From: a virus
Virus record (IMG/VR): IMGVR_UViG_3300044614_002195
Span: 32,001-96,000 of that record
Length of the DNA: 64,000 nt
Direction: 5' to 3' (one strand)
The notes under the pieces were generated by a model. That model did not search any database, was not told the origin of the DNA, and was given only the letters and a program-made list of their open reading frames with translations. A program made the translations under genes and the position numbers. This document shows, piece by piece, positions 26,362-35,896 of this stretch (positions within the stretch are counted from its first letter, which is position 1; every line of letters starts with the position of its first letter).

Positions 26362-26680
26362 AAATTTTGAATATCCTCTCAACACGTCTAAATTAAGAGA
26401 AGATCTTATTTTAGACTATATTGAGGAAGATAGGCTATTTCAACTACTACAGCACAAGCTGTTCATGGAAACAGTTATTAGAAGCTCCCCAGGACCTGGG
26501 GCAAAAACGTTAGATCCTATATTCGAAGTGTCTAGATCGCTTATAGGATTAAAATTGCCTTCTGCGCTACCAGCAGATAAAATAAAGAAAGCTGGCAGTG
26601 CAGGAGGTTCAAATAAACCCCTCACACCTGAAGAAATTGAAGAATATAAAGCTTTACTAAAAGAGTTAAATAAAAAATAA
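26309..26680 (+). CDS. -1 frameshift extension of the tail assembly chaperone
   Basis: In the -1 frame relative to 25812, no ATG near its start, open from 26291, stop abuts the tape measure ATG. Confidence 0.75.
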   Translation: MESQRVKCLTEGYLRGWLNFEYPLNTSKLREDLILDYIEEDRLFQLLQHKLFMETVIRSSPGPGAKTLDPIFEVSRSLIGLKLPSALPADKIKKAGSAGGSNKPLTPEEIEEYKALLKELNKK

Positions 26681-29600
26681 ATGAACGAGTACGGGGATCA
26701 AGTAGGCAGTTTTAGACCATACGGAGCGTTTTCCGAGTATCACAGTATGGGCAGAAACTACGGTGATCCCCGATTAAACATGCTAGGGCAGGTTTTGTTT
26801 GGGCATGCTTACATACCTAAACCAGAAAGCGGGCAAAGCGCATATGACGCCTTTCTTCAAAAAGAAAGATCTATGCATTTTATGAATTTGCAAAAAAGCC
26901 AGTTTGCAAATAACCCTTTTTTTCAATCTATAGGTGTAGGCAAAGATAACAAATTTTTAAAAAGCTTTGGCATGGCAGCTTCGCCGGACAGTACCATCAG
27001 CAGGTTCATGTCACCAATGATGGGAGGAAATCCGATGGCCGCGTCAATGGGTATATACGCTAGCATGGCAGGAGCTGGAGGGATGGGTAATTTTGGAAGA
27101 ATTAGTAGCATTTCTGAGGAAGAAACAGAATCAGTCATGCAGAACATAGCTAGCGAGTTTTATAAAACCCAGAAATACGAAGGCCCTGAAGGTTATAGGG
27201 AAAAACTCAAAAATAAAACTGCCGATTTTCTATCAGATCAATTAAAAACAGGACCTGCCGGCGAGAGATTTCTTCAAGACTTAGGTATAAAAGTAGAAAA
27301 GGATAAAAATGGCAAAGTTACACAAGAAACTAAAGACAGAATACGGAGATTTGATGTAACAGGTACCGAAAGCGATATAGCTCAGGAAGACGTTAAGTCC
27401 ACGGTATCTTCAAATATTAAAGCGGATATTGATAAAGCTATAAAAGAAAGCGATAGTAAAACAAAGAAGGCTCTTGATGAGCGTATTAAAAAGCAGATCT
27501 TGGCGCATGGAGTCGCAGCAGCAGACGAAATAGAAGAAGCCGCCAAAGATACTAGCGGAGTCAAGCTTAAGGAATTAGTTTCCAGGTACGACAGTAAGGG
27601 CGAAGTAAGAACAGGAAAAGAAAGCCAGGCGGCGCGAGAAGAAATAGCCAAAGATTTAGGCACCAGTATAGCTGGCCTTAAAAAAGCCGAAAAGAACTAC
27701 TCCGAGGCTTTAAGTCCTCCAGAAGTCGAGGCCGAAAAACGATCCGACAAGCCCTCCGAAACAACCAGGAAGCTAGTAAACCCTGAAGGAGAAAAACAAG
27801 AAAAAGAGTCCTTTTTTTCGAGGTTTTTAAAAGGATTTACAAAAGAAAAAACAACACAACCAATTGAGCAATCTGCAAAATACGATCCTCTGAAGCAGGA
27901 GGTTGCGCTAGAACAAAGACCTAACGCAGCTACAAAACTTACAAGCCCTTCTGGAGAGCAAAAACAGACTCAAGAGCAATCTGCAAAATACGATACTCTA
28001 AGGTTTGATAAAGATGGTGTATCCCTTGAAGCCTACGGCTCAGGAATTAAAGAGCAATTAACACAGATAAGAAAAGCCAAAGAACTCGGCTTACTCCCAA
28101 AAGAATCGAATGATTTTAATTTCACAGGATACCAGCTTACTGATAAAGAATTAAAACCTATTTTACCTGATGAAAATAGATCTAAGCTTAAGTCTGTATT
28201 GGCTGCCAGGCAGGCTGCAGCGATGATGACCGGAGACACTCAAGAGCTAGAAAAGATTCAAGCGGAGACAAAAGATGTTCTTGAAAAATATCCGAACATA
28301 AAACCAGAAACGGGAACATCCAATCAGCCTAACCAACCCAACCAACCTAACCAACCTAACCAACCCAACCAACCTAACCAACCCAACCAACCTAACCAAC
28401 CCAACCAACCTAACCAACCTAACCAACCTAACCAGGCAAATCGTAAAGCTTTAGAAGATGCTGCACAAGAAAGGAAAAAAGCTAGCTCAGAGGTAGCCAA
28501 GAAGCTTTTAGGTATAGGTGTACCTGAACAAAAGATTAAAGAAATAACATCAGAAGATGGAATCATATCTACGGATAAAGCTGAAGACTTGCTAGACTTC
28601 TATAAAAAAGGAGGTGTAGCTAAGGAAAATACAGGGACAGACGCAAAAAAAATAAGAGACAGTATCGAAGCGCAGAGCTATCTAGCTAACGAGATAGACA
28701 ATTTGGCCAGAGACGTAGATACAGCCAAAGATAGTAAGACTAAAAACATAGCGCAAAAAAGTCTAAAAAATAAACTGCAGAGCCAGCTCGGGTATGCCAG
28801 CAATCAATACCAGGACCTTTTAGATTCCGACGGAAATGTAGATACAGCTAAGGCTAGAAAATATGCAGAAGGAGCTAGAAGTTTAAATCCACTGCAGAGA
28901 GATTTCATGGACGCGCAAAACAAGGCGGACAGATATAATGGGATTAATTTTCAAAATACCCGAGGCTATAAAATAGAAGACTATACAAGTGCTTTCCAAA
29001 AAGCTTCAGAACTTAGAGCTCTAGGTGAAAAGAAATATGCAGATCCAGGGCAGACGGCAAAAGATTTCCAAAAAAATGCAGGGCAGTTCATGGATGCTGC
29101 AAAATCTTTATTTGGAGATAAGTCAGGTGCTGAATTAGTTGAAAGCGCCAGTAAGTTGGTAGGAAAAGATAAATTAGACCTTTCCTCCGCAAAAGGTACA
29201 AGCGAGATAAGCGAGCTGCTCAGAAAGGCAAAGGCAACCGCAAGAGTTGCAAATATGAGCTTGAGTACAATGTTTTCAATCATTGACGCAACTACGGACC
29301 TTGTCAGAAATAATCCTCAGTTGCAGTACATGAGCCAGGCAAGTGTTTCCAACATGGCCTTAAAGTCTATTGAAACTGCCGCAGATCTAGGATCCTCAAT
29401 GGGGGCCGCAGACTACAGAAAACTGGGAGGAGCTCAAGGAATAGCAACTACGGAAGCACAGGAAAATTTAAATTTTGCACAGTCTGAAAAGGGAGGAGCC
29501 ATAGCTGCCTTTATGCTAGCAGGCAAAGGAGTAGACGTGGACCCTCTTACAGGTAAGGACGCTTCAGATAGGATTAAAGATATGTTTGAAGCAGGCGAAT

Positions 29601-31267
29601 TGGACGCTAGAAGCATATATTCAGGAAAAGGATTGGATAAGGTGGCAAAAGAGTTAAAGACAAATATAGCTAGAGTACACACTATTGCGGGTGACGAAAT
29701 AATGCAGCAAGAGGCATTCAAAGACACCAAAATTTCTGACACTATCATGCAAGGCAACAAGAGAGATCGAGTTAACGATTTCTTTACATTAAATGAACAG
29801 CAGGGAGAGCTCTCAAAAGCTGTAGAGCAAGTTAAGGACGCTCAAGGTAATGTACAGTACGATGAGAATGGTAACGTCAAGACTAGGACTGTATATAAAA
29901 ACACTAAAAACAAAGAAGAAACTATAAAGAGGTTCAAAGAAGCCTACGCTAAAGGAGAGAGTATCAGCGACTTCTTTCAAAGAGAGTTTATTACAGGAAA
30001 TACAGGCAACGCTGACGCACAAACCGCAGCCAGACAAAGCAGACTGGCAATCATGGAGGAGATGCTGAACTCGGTCAGGTCCGAACCTGAAAAAGAGCGC
30101 GTTAAAAAGAGGATAAAGGCAGAGGCGGACGCACAAGAGGTAACGTCGAAAAGATTCAGCGCCATACAGGCCCCGGTGGTAACTCAAGCCATCAACGCAT
30201 TCATGCAGGGCAAAGTTGATGGAAATTTGACAGAAGCTTTAACAGGTATATTTGCGATTAAAGGAGAAGACGACGTCAGAGCAGAGCCTTTAAAAAATGC
30301 ACAAAAAGCAATGGAAAGTGCAGCCTCAAAAGTTCAAAAAAATGTAGGCACGCAGCAGGATTTAATTAGAGGAACGGATGTCACTAAAGACATTAATGAT
30401 ATAGTACAAGCAAGAAAAGATGCCGCATTTGCCGAGGGCGACATGGCGCAGGCTTCAAAATTAGGCAATGTAACAAAAGAAGAACTAGAGAACCTTGTAA
30501 ATACCGGCGGAGCTTTAAAAGCAGATCCAAACCTAGACACTGCAGAAAAGCGCAGAGATAGACTAAGCCAGCTTAGAGAAGAAGCTAAAGGAGGGTTTAA
30601 GGGAAGCAGCAAAGAGCAGGCCAGAATTAAAAAAGACATGCTTAAGGCTCTCGAAGCTCATGAGAAGCTAGGTACTCTTGATATCGATGAGGCATTTAAA
30701 GCCGCCAATAGCGGTACGGTTTCTGGTGTATTGGCTGGCGAAGCTATAGCTCACACTGAAACAGAAAAGAAAAAATTACTGCAGGCGTCTAAAAACGAAA
30801 AAGTTAAGACCATGAGTGAAACCCTGACAGAGCAGGCAGGCAGGGTACAGGGAGAATCTTCGGAAGAAATCAAGAAGGCTAGAGAATTCTATATACAGAA
30901 ATATGGAAAAAAGGACGCAGACTCAAAAATGCTTGAGGATTTCACAAAAAGAGGCAAGGAAGGAGACGAGCAAAACGATAAAGATAACTATTTTAGACAA
31001 AAAGAAGTTCAGGAAAAATTAAAAGACACCGGCAAAAAGGGCAAGGGAATGCGCGATTTGAGTGACATATTGACTAACACTCAAGATCAAATACAGGGAG
31101 AAAAAGACAGACTATCAGCGTCAGGCGGAGGAAAAGGGCCAGGAGACGGAGGAGCAGCAGGACTAAATGCAACCATGGAAAAAATAGCGACCATGTTAAG
31201 TGCAGACTCCGGCCTAGGTGGACAATTAGGTCAGCTAGTCATTGCTCTACAGCAACTCAAAAACTAA
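26681..31267 (+). CDS. Tape measure protein
   Basis: 1528-aa helical K/E/A/Q-rich ORF directly after the chaperone pair and before baseplate genes. Confidence 0.85.
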   Translation: MNEYGDQVGSFRPYGAFSEYHSMGRNYGDPRLNMLGQVLFGHAYIPKPESGQSAYDAFLQKERSMHFMNLQKSQFANNPFFQSIGVGKDNKFLKSFGMAASPDSTISRFMSPMMGGNPMAASMGIYASMAGAGGMGNFGRISSISEEETESVMQNIASEFYKTQKYEGPEGYREKLKNKTADFLSDQLKTGPAGERFLQDLGIKVEKDKNGKVTQETKDRIRRFDVTGTESDIAQEDVKSTVSSNIKADIDKAIKESDSKTKKALDERIKKQILAHGVAAADEIEEAAKDTSGVKLKELVSRYDSKGEVRTGKESQAAREEIAKDLGTSIAGLKKAEKNYSEALSPPEVEAEKRSDKPSETTRKLVNPEGEKQEKESFFSRFLKGFTKEKTTQPIEQSAKYDPLKQEVALEQRPNAATKLTSPSGEQKQTQEQSAKYDTLRFDKDGVSLEAYGSGIKEQLTQIRKAKELGLLPKESNDFNFTGYQLTDKELKPILPDENRSKLKSVLAARQAAAMMTGDTQELEKIQAETKDVLEKYPNIKPETGTSNQPNQPNQPNQPNQPNQPNQPNQPNQPNQPNQPNQPNQANRKALEDAAQERKKASSEVAKKLLGIGVPEQKIKEITSEDGIISTDKAEDLLDFYKKGGVAKENTGTDAKKIRDSIEAQSYLANEIDNLARDVDTAKDSKTKNIAQKSLKNKLQSQLGYASNQYQDLLDSDGNVDTAKARKYAEGARSLNPLQRDFMDAQNKADRYNGINFQNTRGYKIEDYTSAFQKASELRALGEKKYADPGQTAKDFQKNAGQFMDAAKSLFGDKSGAELVESASKLVGKDKLDLSSAKGTSEISELLRKAKATARVANMSLSTMFSIIDATTDLVRNNPQLQYMSQASVSNMALKSIETAADLGSSMGAADYRKLGGAQGIATTEAQENLNFAQSEKGGAIAAFMLAGKGVDVDPLTGKDASDRIKDMFEAGELDARSIYSGKGLDKVAKELKTNIARVHTIAGDEIMQQEAFKDTKISDTIMQGNKRDRVNDFFTLNEQQGELSKAVEQVKDAQGNVQYDENGNVKTRTVYKNTKNKEETIKRFKEAYAKGESISDFFQREFITGNTGNADAQTAARQSRLAIMEEMLNSVRSEPEKERVKKRIKAEADAQEVTSKRFSAIQAPVVTQAINAFMQGKVDGNLTEALTGIFAIKGEDDVRAEPLKNAQKAMESAASKVQKNVGTQQDLIRGTDVTKDINDIVQARKDAAFAEGDMAQASKLGNVTKEELENLVNTGGALKADPNLDTAEKRRDRLSQLREEAKGGFKGSSKEQARIKKDMLKALEAHEKLGTLDIDEAFKAANSGTVSGVLAGEAIAHTETEKKKLLQASKNEKVKTMSETLTEQAGRVQGESSEEIKKAREFYIQKYGKKDADSKMLEDFTKRGKEGDEQNDKDNYFRQKEVQEKLKDTGKKGKGMRDLSDILTNTQDQIQGEKDRLSASGGGKGPGDGGAAGLNATMEKIATMLSADSGLGGQLGQLVIALQQLKN
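28322..28438 (+). repeat. 9-bp tandem repeat encoding (NQP)12-NQA
   Basis: aaccaacc(t/c) units from 28322 to 28438. Confidence 0.97.
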
Positions 31268-31273
31268 CAACAT

Positions 31274-31717
31274 ATGTCAGCATACCTAGCAACATCAACA
31301 AAGAATGACCTCTATAAATCTGGAGGCACAGCAGATCATTTAATTAAAATATCCGGAGTAGACGATATCGTGGGCGAGGAAGGCTTGGCCATTTACAATA
31401 CAATCACAGGTAAAATAAATGACACCCTGCAGTACTTCTTAACTTACGACGACGTAATTAAAGTTGTGTGGTTTGGCAAGGGTGTAGGCTCTATCACAGC
31501 AGAAGGCACAATGTTTTCAGATTGTGACGGAGATATTCCAGGCATAAATAAATTCCATTCAGCTATATCAGGCTTGAGAGGTACCGTGTCTTCAGCCACA
31601 ATAGGCAGTCTACATTTTGATGTGATGATCACGGACGCCAGCGTATCTGTTTCCGGCGATCCTGACACATTGGCAAACTTTCAGATCACCATGGCCGTCC
31701 TCAACCATAACATGTAA
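31274..31717 (+). CDS. Putative tail tube initiator / tube-fold baseplate protein
   Basis: 147 aa right after the tape measure; LQYFLTYDDVIKVVWFGKGVGSITAEG beta pattern. Confidence 0.55.
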   Translation: MSAYLATSTKNDLYKSGGTADHLIKISGVDDIVGEEGLAIYNTITGKINDTLQYFLTYDDVIKVVWFGKGVGSITAEGTMFSDCDGDIPGINKFHSAISGLRGTVSSATIGSLHFDVMITDASVSVSGDPDTLANFQITMAVLNHNM

Positions 31718-31722
31718 AACCT

Positions 31723-32682
31723 ATGGTAAATCATTTTGCTACATTATTGATAAATCTAGACCTTAAGGAATTTAACGCCTTACGTGAGCGCTATCTACTT
31801 GCTGATAATTCTGATTTATTATTATTAGCTCAAAGTAATAACGATAGAAGTTATAAAATAGCGCTAGGCGATTATTACACAGAATTAGAATATATGGATA
31901 AGGTGAGTCTGTATATTAATAGAAAGTTTAAAAAAGTAGCACTGCCAGAACCCTTGACCAAATTTTATGAAATGCTTTTTCCAGCCGAAGCATCATTTCA
32001 TTATAAGCATTTTTTGCTATATAGTTGTTTACGTTTAATCGCTGCGACAGTATACTCTGATGATGTTGCAGTTTACGATAACCGCTTAACGTACAGCCTG
32101 GATGATTCGATAGAGTATTTCAGATTTTCTAAAATTTTTACACCAGCAATAAGCTCTAACGCTTACGATATAATCGTTACAGGTCAGGTTGAAACCTTAG
32201 AGAATATAGAAGAGTCTAAAAATAGCTTTATCGTTAGACAAGTAGGCAACACACCCAGCGTAACAGTTTTCTCAGCTACCCAAAAAAAATATTACAAGGC
32301 AGGTAAAATACCTACACAAAAAGCGAAAGACATGGAGATCCCATTAATTTTTCAAGGCAGAAACTCAGCCCAGATACCTGTAGGCGATGTAGGTCTGAAA
32401 TTTTCATTTACCGGAGACATGACTAATTTTACTGGTACAGCTAATAAAAATTGGCGCTTTGCTGTGCAAGCTCCATTTAATTTTAAGTTTCAAAAAATAA
32501 TGCAAACTTTTAAAATTAGAGAAGACGTAGTGACTAATATGCTGCGTTATGCTGAGGATAAATGCAATTCGACTTACTCTAATTTATGGCTAACGCATTA
32601 TAATGACGTATATCGTTTTGCTGGCTTGCTTATGGCTTATGTAGAAAGGGTTAATTCTGTATGGCTGGAAAATCGTGGGTAA
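31723..32682 (+). CDS. Hypothetical baseplate-region protein
   Basis: 319-aa ORF within the baseplate operon. Confidence 0.6.
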   Translation: MVNHFATLLINLDLKEFNALRERYLLADNSDLLLLAQSNNDRSYKIALGDYYTELEYMDKVSLYINRKFKKVALPEPLTKFYEMLFPAEASFHYKHFLLYSCLRLIAATVYSDDVAVYDNRLTYSLDDSIEYFRFSKIFTPAISSNAYDIIVTGQVETLENIEESKNSFIVRQVGNTPSVTVFSATQKKYYKAGKIPTQKAKDMEIPLIFQGRNSAQIPVGDVGLKFSFTGDMTNFTGTANKNWRFAVQAPFNFKFQKIMQTFKIREDVVTNMLRYAEDKCNSTYSNLWLTHYNDVYRFAGLLMAYVERVNSVWLENRG

Positions 32683-34334
32683 CTTTAGATGTCACAGGAA
32701 TAGACGGAGTTACAATTACAGGCGTAACCATAAATTACGCTGTAGGAAGTATACCTACAGCGATGATAGACTTTGTGCCAGGGACAGCAGGACAGATCGA
32801 TGTATCTAAGGCAAGTGCAGGAGTATTACAGGACGTAGAAAGCAAAAAAAGAGACGACGTTAGCATTAATCTCAGTGTACGTACCTACGCCTCGTCAGGC
32901 GGCGGCTATACCAGAAAGTTGGAATTCAAGGGTCTTCTTGACGGTATGAATGTCTCCAATTCTGTCGGCCAGAATAGATATCAGGCTGTAGCTAAAGGTA
33001 AAGCTCAAGTACTTAGAGAGCTCACCAAAATTACACCAGGCCTTTATCCTACATCTATCAACATATACAAAAATCCAGGGTATTCGGGCAATACATCAGC
33101 ACAGAAAGGCGACAACCAGGGACATACAGCCCTTAACGGTATGATGCATAAACTGGCAGGAAAAGGTGAGACCCCAGAAAACACAGATCCTATAACGTTC
33201 TATACAGATCTATTAAAGGAATTAATGGAGATGCAGGAAAATGAATGGGAAAAATTTATAGGTACTGAAAAGCTTGTACAGGGAGGTATACCTTTAAAAG
33301 AGGTTTTTGAGTCCCAAGGATACAAAAAAGGACTACAAACAGGTAAGCAGTTTTTTGAAAACAGAGACTTAAGTGCTGTTACCGGAGGCAGCATGATGGG
33401 ACAGGTAAGTAGAAAGGATATCGCCAATGGTATCATGAAGCATTTCATTGAAGGGCCAGATAATATATTAGATAACTATCTCTCATTTTTAGCTGAGATG
33501 AATTGCTCTGTTATATTCGGCAACTCTAAAATGATAGTGGTACCCTCAAACTCTGTACTCAAGCAAGAACTTACACCTCCAGGGGATCAAGAATCTCAGA
33601 CAGAACCCAACAAAGCAGGCCCTGCAGATTACAATGGTTATGTTTACAACGACAACGGCTATAAAGATATCGCACATGTTCTTGTGTTACGTACAGGTGC
33701 TGTTGGAGGATACTCAAACGGTTCAGTTACGAAAGAGAGAATGGTGATAGGGCAATACAGTAATAATGAATCAAAGGCTAGTGGAGTTTTGGCTGTTTAC
33801 GGTAACCCATGGATGGTTACGTTCCCACACACAGCTCAACCTAAAGATGCACAGGAAGTAAAAACCTCTGCAGAGTCAGGTAATGTTTTACCTGCTGGAG
33901 CAAAGGGCAAATCCGGCGGTGAGGGTGAGGCAGCCAAAGGAGAAGCAAGAGAAGATGAAAAGAATAGCTCCTACGAAGAGGAACTCAGTGAGTCTGTAAA
34001 AAATTACGCTGAAACAATGTACTACCACGCTAAGTACTTTGATAGGCAGGGTTCAATAAACCTAGACTTTAACCCGCAGTGGGCACCAGGCACAGGAGGA
34101 TGGCTATACATCAAAGAAGCCAAGACATTCATTTCATTTTATGTGACCAGCGTAACGCACAGAGTAGATATGTCGCCGCCAGCCAACGGAACAGCAATAA
34201 CCACTATCAGTTTCTGTTCAGGTAGGCTAGGGTCAACCCCATCAGGAACATCCGAAGATAAATACCTAGGCTACGACATAGGCAAAGAAAAAGGCGCACA
34301 GCAGTCTTTCATAGGCGACATAGGCGCACAATAA
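32661..34334 (+). CDS. Baseplate hub protein (gp27/gp44-like)
   Basis: VTINYAVGSIPTAMI N-terminus, GSINLDFNPQWAPG and FYVTSVTHRV C-terminus. Confidence 0.7.
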   Translation: MAGKSWVTLDVTGIDGVTITGVTINYAVGSIPTAMIDFVPGTAGQIDVSKASAGVLQDVESKKRDDVSINLSVRTYASSGGGYTRKLEFKGLLDGMNVSNSVGQNRYQAVAKGKAQVLRELTKITPGLYPTSINIYKNPGYSGNTSAQKGDNQGHTALNGMMHKLAGKGETPENTDPITFYTDLLKELMEMQENEWEKFIGTEKLVQGGIPLKEVFESQGYKKGLQTGKQFFENRDLSAVTGGSMMGQVSRKDIANGIMKHFIEGPDNILDNYLSFLAEMNCSVIFGNSKMIVVPSNSVLKQELTPPGDQESQTEPNKAGPADYNGYVYNDNGYKDIAHVLVLRTGAVGGYSNGSVTKERMVIGQYSNNESKASGVLAVYGNPWMVTFPHTAQPKDAQEVKTSAESGNVLPAGAKGKSGGEGEAAKGEAREDEKNSSYEEELSESVKNYAETMYYHAKYFDRQGSINLDFNPQWAPGTGGWLYIKEAKTFISFYVTSVTHRVDMSPPANGTAITTISFCSGRLGSTPSGTSEDKYLGYDIGKEKGAQQSFIGDIGAQ

Positions 34335-34349
34335 CTAGATACTATTTAT

Positions 34350-34982
34350 ATGAACGACGTAGAAAAATTAATAAAAGAAAATAAAAAATTAATAGATCTT
34401 GAAGCCTCTAGATATGCAACAAATCTACCGCTGATAACTGTGCAGATTGAGGCCTATAAGCTTGCTCGTGAAGCTGCTAAAACATACAATCCTGCTGCAG
34501 GCTTTAAGTTCAGTACGCACCTTGTAAACAGTCTAAAGAAATTATCTAGACTATCGACGCAATATGGAAACGTATTAAGGGTACCTGAAAATGTGCAGTT
34601 TGGAGTAAATAAAGTTCAAAAGGTGGAAAAAGATTTGGAGCATACATTAGGAAGATCTCCGACACTTGAAGAAATTTCTCATCATTCTGGATTTTCTCCA
34701 AAAGCAGTCACGAACATGCTTAGCACAAGAAAAACGTCTACAGGCATATCCTCAATGTTTGAAGCACCAGCTTTGTTTGATAGCTCCAATGACGAATGGG
34801 TGCAATTTGTGTATCATGATTTATCTGATACAGATAAGCTAATATTTGAGCACAAAACAGGGTTCAGTGGTAAGCAAATACTAGACAATAGTGCGTTATC
34901 TAAAAAATTAAATTTGTCCCCAAGCACTTTAAATAATAGAATAAAGTTAATAAATACAACTTTATCGAAAGGCTGGAAGTAA
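34350..34982 (+). CDS. sigma70-family RNA polymerase sigma factor
   Basis: Region 2 EAAKTYNPAAGFKFSTHL, LRVPE, region 3 LGRSPTLEEIS, region 4 LSDTDKLIF..LSKKLNLSPSTLNNR. Confidence 0.88.
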   Translation: MNDVEKLIKENKKLIDLEASRYATNLPLITVQIEAYKLAREAAKTYNPAAGFKFSTHLVNSLKKLSRLSTQYGNVLRVPENVQFGVNKVQKVEKDLEHTLGRSPTLEEISHHSGFSPKAVTNMLSTRKTSTGISSMFEAPALFDSSNDEWVQFVYHDLSDTDKLIFEHKTGFSGKQILDNSALSKKLNLSPSTLNNRIKLINTTLSKGWK

Positions 34983-35404
34983 TGAGCACTAAAAAAGAAT
35001 TAAAAGATTTAGTTAAGGCAATATCAAAATGGGCCGAAGAAGGCATTCCTCCTGCCCGCTTAGGTAACGACGCGTCTACACCTAGACCCTGGTACTGCAA
35101 GACTAATGAGTATGAAAAGTCTTTTAAACTTGAGGATTTAAAAACCGAAACAGATAGAGAAGAATTAAATAATAAGTACGTCGAAAGGTTTCATGAAATA
35201 GATCCTAAGTCTAGAAAGGGAATAAGTGCTCTCAAGTCTGAGATATCTGCACTATATAGTTATCAAAAATGCTTTACGCAAAGATACAAAGGCAGGATGC
35301 ATTTTTACCGAGATGATTTATCGCAAAAAGGCAAGAGAACAGGGCACGCTTACGGGCGAGGCGCAAAGCGATTTGAAGGTTTTAAAAGCCAGCTAGACTC
35401 ATAA
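34982..35404 (+). CDS. Hypothetical protein, 140 aa
   Basis: TAATG-coupled to the sigma gene. Confidence 0.65.
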   Translation: MSTKKELKDLVKAISKWAEEGIPPARLGNDASTPRPWYCKTNEYEKSFKLEDLKTETDREELNNKYVERFHEIDPKSRKGISALKSEISALYSYQKCFTQRYKGRMHFYRDDLSQKGKRTGHAYGRGAKRFEGFKSQLDS

Positions 35405-35409
35405 TTCTT

Positions 35410-35892
35410 ATGCCGGTAAATTCAATAATATCAGACTATACTGGCCGAAAGAAAGATCTGAGCATCCTTCAAAACCCTGACGCTTCGCTAGTAGGAGCAC
35501 AGACAGTTACCCCTTCGTTTGGTGCTCCTAGTAGATTTTGTGCAGGTATACAAAAATTAATACAGCGCTATGCTATAATACTTCTCACAAACCTAGAGTC
35601 ACAGCAAAACTATCCAGAATTTGGTACGCGTTTCATAGCAACCTTAAGTACAAATAGCAGTATAGATAGAATATTAGCCAGACAAATATTCACACTCGCA
35701 AACGCCATAGCCGTCAAAACATTGCAAAATTATCAGATAAAGAATAAAAATATTCCTAACGACGAGCGCATAGATAGCGCGACTTTAAGAAATATTGTTG
35801 TAGTGCCTAGCCTGGGATCTGTTTCTTTTGACATTGCCATAACTTCCGAGGCAGGACAAACCGTAGACTTTTTATTACCTTTACCTAAATAA
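35410..35892 (+). CDS. Baseplate wedge/sheath initiator (gp25/gpW-like)
   Basis: GIQKLIQRYAIILLT..YPEFGT and DERIDSATL; precedes baseplate J. Confidence 0.8.
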   Translation: MPVNSIISDYTGRKKDLSILQNPDASLVGAQTVTPSFGAPSRFCAGIQKLIQRYAIILLTNLESQQNYPEFGTRFIATLSTNSSIDRILARQIFTLANAIAVKTLQNYQIKNKNIPNDERIDSATLRNIVVVPSLGSVSFDIAITSEAGQTVDFLLPLPK

Positions 35893-35896
35893 ATTT

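Noticed and set aside
28322-28438. Tandem repeats as a CRISPR array
   Set aside because: 9-bp units with no spacers, in frame within a gene; the same applies to the other repeats.
28324-28566. Minus-strand ORF with (WLG)n
   Set aside because: Antisense shadow of the (NQP)n repeat.
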